From Trichoplax adhaerens (taxonomy: Eukaryota > Animalia > Placozoa): a DNA stretch of 64,000 nt. The stretch lies in assembly GCF_000150275.1 (NCBI RefSeq), contig NW_002060955.1, positions 1,696,024 to 1,760,023 of the forward strand, read 5' to 3'. The notes beneath the pieces were generated by a model. That model did not search any database. It was not told the DNA's origin and saw only the letters and a list, made by a program, of their open reading frames with translations. Position numbers and translations under genes: made by a program. Shown piece after piece: positions 1 to 12,876 of the stretch (the stretch's first letter is position 1; the number at the start of each line of letters is the position of its first letter).

Positions 1-307
1 TAGATCTATGTTCGGCCATAATAAATTATATTGCCACCCAAGTAAATATGACTGCTGGTAATTCCAGTAGAAAGTAGTATTAGCAATTATTTGCTATATA
101 TTCGAAAAGATCAAAATATAACAACTTGTAAATTTGTCTATGCGATTGTAAACTAGAAGGGTAGTTGCTAGCCAATACTAAATAGTAGTTTTGTAGATGC
201 AATTCAGAAGCGTAATAAAATTTACTTTATCCTCAGGAATATAAAAAGATAGTATCATGATGTTATTCTCAATGCATTTCATTTTATTTTACTATTATAT
301 AAACTAG

Positions 308-3300
308 TTAATACCAGAAAGACAACGTAATGGTATCGTTCTTGGATATTATATCGTCTTCCGTAATACCAAGTTTGGATTTTTCGATAATCGTACTATT
401 TACGTTAACCAAACAACGACCAACGTCAACACTAGATATTATAGTGCTGCTAACCTAAAGTATTATTCAACCTATCTAATATTCTTATACGCTTTTACTG
501 CTGCGGGCACAAGTCCAAAAAGCTTACAGAAATCGATTGAAACATTAGAATCAGGTCAGTATCCATGAAACTTTTAGTAAACTATCTTAATTTATTGCGT
601 AAACAGTATTTTCAGGTAACGAAAAATTTATTTTACACTAGCTGCATGGATATTTTTACAAAAATTGGGCGCCATTACGCAATAAAATATTATACCAATT
701 CGTTATAGGCTTATTAATATTATAAAGTTTAAGTATACCTGTAAACCTATCTACTGAACAAAGATATAATGTATAATAAGCGTACATATTGTTACTGAAC
801 ATTCACTGTGTTTATATTGACTCGCAGTCCCTTCGGCATCTCCGATCAATGTAATGACTACATCTGGAACTTTAGCTGCTACATCAATCGTTATTAGTTG
901 GAGTCCACCTCTGCTAGTCAATCAAAACGGAATTATCACAAAATACAAAGTATCATATTCCCTGCAAAATAAAAATAGTTTGTCTAATAGCACTATTATT
1001 ACGCTCGGAAATGTTAATCAGCACTCCATATACAATTTGCTGCCATCTACTAATTATTCCATACTAGTAGCGGCAGCAACTTCGGTTGGCTTCGGACCAT
1101 ATAATTCACCCGTTACTCATTTAACTTATCCAGCAGGTAATCGACTAAATTTAAAGATTAAAATCATTTCACACTACTAATACAGTCTTTGATATTATTT
1201 GTAACCAAATGAAATAGTGGCTCCAAATGTAACCCAACAGCCTCGGAACAGAACTGTTGCAGCTGGAACAGATATAACCCTAGAGTGTAGAGCAACCGGT
1301 GATCCAGTACCTACTGTGCAATGGTTGTCCAATGGCCAATTAGTATCATCCATATACAGCGTTGTTACTAAAGCTGGTTATGGAAGTTTATTCATAAAGA
1401 ATAGTAATACAGCAGATAATGGAACTTATCAATGCCAATTTACAAATAGTAAAGGATCAGTAATGTCGAACTCTGCCTATATATACGTTAATGGTAATCA
1501 AACTACTCCATTGAGTAGAAGTTTAAATATATTTTTAAGTCAACAGCAGCCCGATATTGCTTTTCATTTAAAAGTCATATACTAGCGCTAATAATTTCTA
1601 ACGTATAGAAAAGCAATCGTTAGAATATACCTTGAAAGAAATTTATATTGATATCCTATTTCTTTTTTGTGATTATATGGTATATCAGATGGCAACATTA
1701 CAGGGTTTTGTCTTGGTGAAATTACAAGTGATATGAAATGGTCTAAAACATATAACGGTTATACTGCGATAGCAAAATGCCCTGTATCTGCTAAAGGTAA
1801 AAATCTCTATTTTGATTTACATGTTAATTTTATCGCTTGCAGAATTGATTTCTAACACCCAATATACCTGTTATAAATAGTTTAATTTTGCAATTAAAGT
1901 TGTCTTCTATAAATTAAATATGATTCTATGATCAGGTAATGCTACTCGTTCATGTAAGCTTAATACCAATGGCAATTCCGTATGGGATGATATCGATACG
2001 ACTAATTGTGAAACTCCATCATTTGATGTTCTATCGGTCTTGGTAAATATAGAAGCCACAGTAGCATTTAGTCTTTTATCATATTCTTACCTAACTAGCA
2101 TACGTAAAAAGCTCATCTATAATGTTTAAAATTAGATTTATTGATAATAGTTATAACAATATTATTATTTTCACAGCATGTTCTAACAACGAATATACAT
2201 GATAGTGATAGAATATATTCTCTTTAAGTTAATACGTGTGTGCATATTATGAAGATTGGAAAGCTTATATTGTACCGTACTCATCAATCTTAATTACACA
2301 CTTTTCATAATTTGTAAATTGAAAATTGCACCTACAATTTCACGAATTACTACAATCACAATAATAACTATCGATTGTAATTGCCGAACTTGTATTACTA
2401 AGTACACGTAAAAATGATTTGAAAGCTGTATATATTATGCTACATATTTGGATAAAATCCTAATATAATTATTGACGGATATTTAACAGACTCAACAACT
2501 TAATACAGTGGGTACCAATTTTTCTGAAACCATTATCGATGGTTTAGTTAGAACGACAACAGGCAGAAAGTTATATGGCGGAGATATTGTCATATCCGCC
2601 TCTATATTATCAAAATTGAATGAAGTCATGCCGTCTGTTTCTGAATCAGAATTAAATGTAAGCAAAAGCAAATTTATTTTTCTTATAATAAACTGTACTG
2701 AGGTCTAGATTTGCTGATCTTCCCAGAAATTGGTCACAATTCAAAGTAATCTATTCAATACTCAAAATAAAGAAGGGTGGAAATTTTCCCAAAAGGTTCG
2801 AGAAAATAATTCATCCAATCTATCTGATACCTATATATCAAGTTTCAAATTCTTTATAGTATAGTGATAAGGATAATTATTTTGGACGTATAAGTAGTTT
2901 ATATTTTTGAAATTAAGAAATTATCTTACATTAGCTAGTGAAGTACAAGAATTTTTGTAAATTGGAAATTGCTGTACATTTCTTTGCAGTTTTGCCGAAG
3001 CAGTAGTAACAACCAATCAATTTTAACGAACTTGGAAGAATTTGCTAATAAGGCGACTATTCTATCAGCAACCAATAAGACAACAGTAAATGCCAATAAT
3101 TTAGGTAGGCGATAATTAACAGAGACTATTCGTGATATCCATTAATGTAAAATTATATTGTATATAAATCCATTTGGTAGTAATCATTGTTAATCTAAGC
3201 GTCACATAAAATGGAAATGGGTTCTAACGTACAAATTTTTGCTATACATTTATTAATTAAATCATATTCATGCAATAGTACGTGTATTATTTTGTTAGCA

Positions 3301-6300
3301 TATTCTGTGGAATTTCTACGAGATTTGCTAGCATAAATAAATACGAGAAAGTAATTCGTGCACAGAATTTTCCATTGATTAGTCTGCCAAGTCTTTTCTT
3401 GCTGAAAAAGATTCATTCAGCTATACTTTAATAAGTATCAATTGCAACGATTATACAAGTGTAATTGCTGATGGTTAAATTTCTATCCATGTTTTTATTA
3501 TTGAATCGCAGTGATAATGCATTCACAAAAGATATACAGTACATGCAACGATGAACTACTAGTAGAAATATATATTAAGAACTAGACTGCATATCCTAAG
3601 CAATTATAATTCTGTACCGCTATTTTATCCTCAGAAACACTCATTTGAGCCTTTTAATTGCTTTAAAGAGTCAGATAAACTACTTATGTATAACACTTAC
3701 AAACAGACTATGAATGTATAAATTAAGATAAACTATTCTTTATTGGGTAAAATGCGATTTTCGAGCTTATGCATATGTCATAAGCTAGCTTCGTGACAAG
3801 GATAACGTAAAGTAAATTTCTAATTTACTAAAGTCTCCGGGATTCAGTATCGCTTAACTATCTCACAAGAATTTAGACGTCGTTGTTTCTACGTTAAACG
3901 ACTAGAGAAGTCCGATTTTATTCAGCTATCTACTGAGCTTAAATACCTTTCGGCAGCAGCTAGTATGAATGAGTCATCATAAGATTATGAAATTTAATTC
4001 ATACTAAATAAGTAAATTAATACAGAAATATTTATAATCGTAGACATGTACTGAATGATTCTTGATAATTAGACTACAGTATGCCCATTCACAGAATTAT
4101 TCATGGCATCGTCTATAGTTGAATATCTTCAGGATATTAATCACAAGCGTCACAAGACATAGCACTATAATAAATTAACATCTGTTACTATATAAAAACT
4201 CTTACTACAACTGTGCAGCATAATTTACTGTAAGAAATAATAACTATTGTGGTTCTTACTGTAAGCCATTAATAATTGCCATCATATATAAATGTTAATT
4301 TACTAAATTTAGTCATTTAACTCTTCGTGGTAGTTCGTACCATAACAGTATAGTAATAGATTAATAATTATACAAATTGTCTGAAAATATTCTGTAACTT
4401 GAAGCTGTCGCAATCTATGACCTTGATGGTGTATCTGCAAGTTCTGATTTTCACGTTACCGATGGTACAAATATGGCAACCGGAATACGAATTTCACTGC
4501 CTAAGGCTACAATCCAAAATAATCAACGTATGTACTCTTGTGTACTGTTTATTTGATACTTGCTTCTACTATCAATGGAATTATCCAAGTTATTTTAATA
4601 GCGTAATATTAAATCTAAAGTAGTATTTTACTATAATATTATTGTACAACTGCACCAATAGAAATACGAATTGTAGTACGTTAGCTAAACTAATCAAGAT
4701 CGTCCAGAATATTTTTTAGTTTCAATACTTAAACAGGATTTATTTTCTCAATAATTGGCATAGTTATCAAAGCTGTCGTCATCACTTATAAAACCCTTAA
4801 GGAAATGATACCTTCTTCATCAGCTAACTCAAGGTATCTCAAACTACTATATATAAAATTTAATTTTTTGAGAACATTATTTAATGATGTTATAGTCACT
4901 TTTATGATAGTATTTTGAAATGGAATAAATATATTATTAAAGCAGGAATCTTTAGAAAAGATTATTACTTCTACAAATTATAACTCCGCCTGAACTATAG
5001 TACAGAAAGTAATTAATACTGAAAATGTGCTACTATTTGGGTATAAAATATATTTCTTTGTTAATACGAATAAGTTACTAAGTAATATGTAGCTATAATC
5101 AAATTATAATTAGTAGAGATTTTGACTCGACTTTCAATTTCATATTAATGCTTGAAACTATCGTTGCCATAATTTTGGGATGTATTTATTTTTCTCTTTT
5201 CAATGAAAGTGTTGCGAGCAAAGATGATATTAATTTCGGTTGATAATATCATTTTGAACTTATAAATTAAAAACTACTTAGTATCTTTAACACGTTTTTA
5301 ATGGTTCTAATAGAACTTATCCTTTCAATAAATCTAAGATCATCGATACACGTACAAAGCAGAGTACTATAATATCATTTTCTAATCTACTACACCATTA
5401 TAATATACGTTTTCCTACATTTTTGTAGCAACATTAATCCAGCTGGTAGTACTATTCAAATTAATTCTCAAATTATTTCCATATCATTCTATCCTGATCG
5501 ATATGGAAATCTCTCTCATCCTGTTCGAATAATATTTGAAAATACAAATGTTAGTTAAGTATATCATTACTTAAAAATACTTAATAAGGCAATGATCAAT
5601 TAATTTCCTTAAAACAGTTTGTTATGATATATCGACTTTATCATATTATCGTGTTTAATCTAGACAATTGAAAATAAGAATACAGCGAAAGAAAACGTCT
5701 GCGCATTTTGGGCTTCGGCACCAAGGTAAGTAAAAACTATTACAATTATTGTACACCGACAATTCAATAACCTTCATAGCATTTGCTAAAGTAAACAGAA
5801 AATCTTAATTCATTACACTGATTCAGTAGACCTGTCTTATACGTCATCATGAGTTTTCCTCCAACGATATCATAAGATTTCTATCTGATGATGTAGCACA
5901 ATTTTTCAATGTGAAACATATGTGTATGTACTAATACCAATTTGAAGCTCCTTATCATCATGTCGATTTAAGACCTAGATGTGATAGTAAACTTAATCTT
6001 AGAAAACTATTATTGCATACTGTAGCCTGATCTTAATAGAATTAACCGATGAGATCTTCTGTTGCAAAGTACCTTATTACGGCTTAGCAACATCAAGTTA
6101 ATCGAATCGTTGTAGGCAATTTTAATACATATTACAATTATAATTAACAGCACACTATTTGGTTTCATTTGAATTTTGAATTGATAAATAGTCAATGCGG
6201 ATGGGATTCAACAGGTTGCCGGACTGGATCTGAATCAAATTCAACACATACAGTCTGTTACTGTAGCCATACTACTACATTTTCCGTTATAACAAGGGAT

Positions 6301-9300
6301 AAGTTGGTACGAGTCTGTAATCATCATTTTTATTACTTTTATGTAATTGCGCCCAATTATTAATTATATAGGAATACCGTACTCATGCTATTTTAAAAAA
6401 CTGTTACATGTGTCTATATAGAATTCTGCAAGTATTATTTCTTGTCAATTAATTATCAATCTCACATAGGTTCAGAGTCTTCAAATTGAAGTTATCACCT
6501 ATATCTGTTGTGGAATAGCCATCGCAGTCTTGGCCCTGACCATTGCTATTTTTGTTATGCATTGGAAGTTAGTATCGGCTAAGTATTAATATACCTATAA
6601 TATAAGTCAGGTTACTGGTCTATACGTTCCTGAGTAAATATTGTGAAGAAATGCTATAGATTGAATAAGCAATACCCTTTCGTATACCAATCCAAGATAT
6701 TACTCACCTTTTTATAATAAAACCATAGCAGAAGTTTATTATTGATTTTAATCACTTTCTAATAGGGTTGCATTAAGTTTCTAATAAGTACCGCAGTTCA
6801 TAGTTCTTGTAAAGTCCCAAAAAAGAGAAAATTTAGACTAATGTCATTGATAATAAAATTCAATCCTTCTATAGCACGAATATTTAATACTTTTTACTGT
6901 TACTGTTAGGGACGTCAAGAGCATCGTAAATGTCATGAATATCAATATATTTTTATGCCTCCTGATGATTAACATTTTGGTGATATCTGGATTAACAGCG
7001 ATTTATTGGAAGGTGAATCAAATCTTTTCTACATTTTTATCATATTTAAATGGAAAAGTAAACCTTTCTTTTAATTGAAATGATGTGTAATCTTAATTTA
7101 CAGCCTCTGTGTGTTGCGATTTCCATTTTCTTGCATTACATCTTTTTGGCTGCCTATTCTTGGTTATTAAGATGTGCTATTTGCATGCATTATCTATTTG
7201 CCAAAAATAAATTGGCACCTGGTAGCATTATGGGAAATTTTTTGACATGCTGTAGTAAGTAGAAACTAATACTTTACGATAAATCATAGAACGCTATATT
7301 GTATATAGATATGGTTGCTTTTGACGGAACAAAAATTTTAATATATTCTTAACATTTTCAAATTGATTGCAGTTTTACCTGCAACCATTCCAATCCTAGT
7401 TGGGATAATACAAGTGTCCCGATATGGATTTGATGGATATCTAAGCCATTACGCGTAAGTTTCATAGACTTAGGATAAGAGTATAGAACAAAAATTTTAT
7501 GTTTTACTCGTAATTGAACGATCTACTTAGTTAAGATGGTTTAATCATTTCTATCATTCATGAAAGCTAAAATTTATCTTAACTACATAGGTGTTGGTTA
7601 AGTACTACTCCACCTGTGGTTGTGACTTTTATCATTCCTATGATTTTACTAGCTTTGGTATGGCATGCATGGCAGTCACCTCAAAATTACAGATCAAACT
7701 GAATCCTATTTTTTTCTAACTACGGTACTATAAATCTGTCAAAACAAAATATAATTACATATTATCTGAAACTTTTAGGCAGCACTCATCTACAATGTAT
7801 TAACTACAACAAGAGCTAGCAGTAACGCTAGAGTTGTTTACGATTATAATGATGAAGAGCTCGAGATAAATAGGTAAAATATCTATATATTAGACTTATT
7901 TAATATATATGAAGTTAGCGACATTAAGTTCTTTTGTATTGCTGTAAAATCTGATTTAAGCCTAGTTGCATCGGAACATTAATATTAACAAGGCTCATTA
8001 TTTTTTGTAATTGATTTCTGTTCAGAAAAAATTTTCGCCAATCCTTCGTAGTCTTAGTGACTTTCATTATGACTAGTATATTGTTTGTGGCATTTACATC
8101 AACCAAAGATATCGTTTGTCAATATATCTTTGCCATTATCAGTCTGATTCAAGTAAGTCTTCAATTAATCATTCTTACCCGTAACTCATGTAAGTCAAGT
8201 TCACATCTGCAGTAGTTATGTATTTACTGGTCTAATATACTGCGTATCTTTATAGTAAGTATAAAGTGTTTTTCTCGTATGTTAATTATAAAATTCTTGT
8301 ACCAGATCGCTAGCGTAACACTAATGAAAAATTAAAAAATCTCATTGATGCATGATTCTTTAAATATAATGTGAAATGCTATACATGATAACGGACGTTA
8401 CTTCTCAATAATTAATCTTTCGTTATTGAATAATATCATATGCTATACAATTTAGAAAGGATTTTTAATCAAAATTGATCAATTTATACCAATTTTTATA
8501 CTATTGGGAGTAGATATGGGTACTGGGTGGAATATAATAGTGTTCAAAAGCTAAATGTAAACATTCTGCCTGATATTATTTAACTTACAGTACTTCTCTG
8601 ATTAACTTGAGTCAAGCAAGAAATGAATTGCCAAAATACTATATTATTATAAATACAATAACTAATGCTAACTTATTAACCGATTTCTTATTATAGAGCA
8701 TTTACATCTTGCTTTTTTATGCCCTTAAGAACAAAGAAGTATGTAGCATGGCATAGGATAAAGTCTTGAACTTATTAATTATTGTGTTCTTAGATTATAG
8801 ATTGCATGTTATATATCACAAAATGATAACGCTATAAATCGTAGATGATAATATACTCATTTATTAAGGATCGATCAACTTGAAAATTTATTATTGCTAT
8901 AATTGGCGTCCATAAGACTATAACTAACTGCTATAATATAATTGAATGATATAGATTCAATGCTACTAATTCATTCAGAGAATAATTTAACTAACTCTCT
9001 GTATTGACATAGATACAAATGGATTGTAAATCGAAGGCAAAAAATCATACAGCGTATGAATTAAAGCCAACTAAGGGCAAATCTTCGTAAGTTGATAATT
9101 GATTCAAGGAACACACCGCCTTGAGTAATTGAGACAATTGTATACGTACAATAGCTGATATTTCAATCTTAACAAAATATATCATACACTCGCATTTATA
9201 TAACGTATATTTCACTTTATACCGTAGATCACACTTAACGCCAGCGAATTATAACAATTATGAAGATGTAGGTGAAGACGCAATTTATCAGGTAAAAAAT

Positions 9301-9384
9301 TTTTTACTGTCAAACAAGTGCTATAAAACAACTGATACAAAGTAATGTATTCATTCTTTATGATAAAAATAGGAGGTGGATTAA
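308..9384 (+). CDS. Adhesion GPCR (class B2), 5'-partial, ~24 exons in window: FN3-FN3-Ig-HormR-GAIN/GPS-7TM-short tail
   Basis: GT-AG exons that splice in phase: 308-554 (FN3, RNGIVLGYYI..LKYYSTYLIFLYAFTAAG), 828-1136 (FN3), 1218-1493 (Ig, LECRATGDP..DNGTYQC), 1689-1796 and ~1936-2042 (HormR, C..W..CP..GNATRSC..W..C), GAIN exons ~2490-5550, ~5664-5725 (CAFW), 6192-6306 (GPS, W..GC..CYCSHTTTFSV), TM exons ~6470-8738 (LHYIFLAAYSW, CWL, YIFAIISLIQ), tail ~9013-9086, 9228-9291, 9373-9384 (EVD*). Start lies upstream of the window. Confidence 0.9.
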
Positions 9385-9889
9385 AGACTTCAATAAAAAT
9401 AGTAAAATGTTCGAATGGCTTATGCTTTATTTAGTTGCCCAGTTTTACAAATTATTCAACTAAATTTTGAATATAAATAAGTACATATATATAAGTATTA
9501 TCAGGAATTGAACTTAATTAGAACAGTTTCATCTGTTCATTGATATCGTTTATGATTGGCATTTATCAAGACTATTTTCTTAATATCAACATTTACAAAC
9601 GAAAACTGAACAATACATTTAATTATTACTACGTGGATAATTTAAAATAGCAATTACATCACAGCATGACTGATTAAGCGTTTTATGCTTCGTATTCATA
9701 AAGTGAATTTCTTGTATTGATTTAAAAATTTTAATATGTTAGCTTATGTTTACTGTGATTCTTGCCCACCGGTAGGTGTATAGTATAAGTAACTTGTCTA
9801 ACGTGGAGTTTTAGTTCTATTTTCAATTCAGATGTTTGTATACGGGTATTGATTAGGCAACATTAATAAAAGGTATTGCATAAGCAAAT

Positions 9890-12383
9890 GGTATAATAGA
9901 ATTTAGAAGTATGCCACAATACTTACATGATATAGATAAGATCACAAATTATGAGAAGAAAAAGCTAGATGGGATGATTGTAATCAAACTTGACCGGCTA
10001 CTTAAAATATTTCACTTATTTTTAAAATTGGTGATGAGCAATATAAAATACTAGGAATAGAGGATTGCTTTGAAAAGGCATATAAGTCTGGCAAAATGCC
10101 AGAATTATGTTTCAATTACTCCATAAGAGGGTTTAAACTAGTTAAGGATAAGAAAGAATTTATAATACAGTTAATGGAAAGTTATCATATCATTTGCAAG
10201 ATTGAAAGTGAAAACTGTGATCAAAACGACGGGTATGGTCGTCAATATTTTGTGCCTTATTGGCTGCATTCTTCGACTGAGTTACGGCTTACTGATTATT
10301 TCCAGTCTGTTTGGCTATCTATTGGATACGAAATTGCGTCGTATATTCCGGATGGAATATTTATTGCCATTTATCAACATCTTTAAAAGTGAGCAAGAAT
10401 CCACAAGTAGAAGTCTATCATCGATTTATAAAATAGTATATACCGGATTATTAATGTGAGATTATTATCAAGAAAGAGGACTGTTATATAGGCTTAAATT
10501 ACTGCTACAAGAATGTCTTGTAAAGAACTAATGGTATACGTTGAGGAACGTATTAAAAGTTTAGTTAATATGATCAAATCCATAATATGATAAAGAATAA
10601 GTTAAAAGAAGTAATTAATGACCAAATGCCAAAGTTTAAATCTGCACAATATGAATTTTACGTAAAATACTCTACATACAAAGGACTAACAAAAGCAATC
10701 AATGGTCTAACTGGCAAGAAAGATATAATCTGGTGTTTGCTGTGTGTAAGGTCTTATTTCAATCGATAACAATTCGTAAATAGCAACTTTTTACGGAAAA
10801 TTAATTGGCATGATAAAGCAAAGAGTTGAGTGTTAAAATTTTATAGTGTGCTTTTTGCATTCTTGATTTTTGAATTTTTAACATAATATGCCACGAATCT
10901 TCATCTTTATAAACTGTAAAAAAGTAGACTTTTATTTTAAGTTAGTTTGACCTAACTTGTTTTATCACGAGGTCACTGAATAGAGTTAATTTGTAGTTAG
11001 TCTTGTAGCAATCAATTATGAGTATTAAAGAAATAAATCTGATAAAATGTATCTATTATTTAGATCAACCGCAACAAGTTGAAGATGAATATAAGACGCC
11101 AGTAATATCCAGCAGTCATGGTAATTTATTTACTGGTGAAATTTTATAGAAAAATTGACTTATCTTTTGTTTCATTGCCAATCATTTTTCTTAAGCTGTT
11201 ATAATTTCCTTGAAAAAGTAATACTCTTACTCGCACTTTATAATTCATTAACACAAAATATTAAAACATAATATTAAACTTAAACAATAGAAATCAAAGT
11301 TTTTTACCTTTAATATTAATTTGTTCATTTACAATTACAGATCTTTACCAGGAAGAAAATTCATCGCAAATTAGTGACGGTAAATTATATTGCCTAGCCT
11401 ACAATGTCGATTCAGTCAATACAGTATCTAGCTAAGACGATGGTAATTCTTCGATGTTGCACAAAAAACCATTATCGTAAAGTTATAGCTGCCATTATCA
11501 AATAACACTGTTTAAGTAACTTTATTACAACTGAAAAATAGACGATATGAATACAGCTATAGCTCGCTTTAGTCGCATCTTTATTACACTATTTTTAAAC
11601 AGAACTAACTACTCATTTTCCATAGTCACATCATCATAGCTAAAACGGTTCAATAAATGGATAGTCATAAATTGAAATAATTTTTACTGGTAGATGTAGG
11701 AAATAGCTAGCGTAGTGACAACAGTGATATTAACGCCATAAACTTACAACATACAGAAGTCGAAGCCATAAAAAAATTCATGGGTGAGTTTCCAGCATAA
11801 ACGTTTTGATACTGATATGAGTGGATTTATTTTTATCCATGCTTTCTTCCTAGAGACAATTGAAAATAGTCGAAGCAATCTGTCAATAGAAAATGACTTT
11901 GTAACGAAATTGATTTCAGTTTATTCAATGTAAATAACTATAAAAATTAACAAATCAATCAGGCTCTAATCAAATTAATAAATACTATTGTATATTAATT
12001 CACTTATAATAGAGAAATGTTATTCCAGTGTCATAAGTAGAATTGGAGATCGACGGGTTTAATTAGCAAAGCATTTATACCTTTCCGATAACAATGTTGA
12101 TAATCTTAATCGACAATACGAAACTTTAAGTCAACATTCACATTTACCGAAATCGGACAAAATGTTAAATTATTGGCAGGAGAAGAATCCTTCAAAACAT
12201 CATTTACTGACATTAGTAGACATTCTATACGATCGCCAACAACACGAAATAGCAAATTCTCTTAACGATATGTTATTGAGAAATCAATCACATCCTTTAG
12301 TATCTAAATATATCTTAACCATTTTACATGGTAAATATTCTAATTGTGGTCAATTTCAGCAAGATATCTGTTACGATGCGTAA
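9890..12383 (+). pseudogene. Disabled ROCO-type COR + C-terminal death domain, copy 1 (no Roc domain seen)
   Basis: COR motifs QYLHDI, IVIKLDRL, LMESYHIICKI..YFVPYWL are split by frameshifts (ORFs 10096-10386, 10587-10769). Small linker exons at ~11064-11120 and ~11341-11379. Death-domain exon ~12013-12383 (RIGDRRV*LAKHLYLS..KMLNYWQEK..LVDIL) has an in-frame TAA. Confidence 0.75.
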
Positions 12384-12876
12384 GCACGTCCTAATTACGT
12401 GTGGCGACTGTATATAAGCCCGAGTAGAAAATATATCGCTCAGTTGATACTTCTCTAGTGTACGATAAGGTACTATACTTTCGTTGTATGAAGTAAAAAC
12501 TCATAAAACTAATCTTACAACAAGCCGCTTATTATACTTGTGAGGAAGTTGTTAGTCTTACAGTATCTCTCCGTAGTTAGTTGGAGTGACTAAGTAGCTC
12601 GTAAGTTAGTTGATTACTCACATTAGAAGGAGTAGGTAGTGCGGTGTGAGTGACACCTATGAATATGTTAATCAATTGAAATAGCTAAATTAAAGTAGGT
12701 GCTGAATATCCTGAAATGAAATATTGCTAATGTAGTTGCAAAACTGTGAGCTACAGTAACTACTGCATCATTAGTAGCTAATAGTACGTTAATTAACTAC
12801 CCATGCTTGCTCTATAATATACTGTACTGTACATAAGTGTACAATAAATTAATTAATTTATGCATCCTAATCTTAG

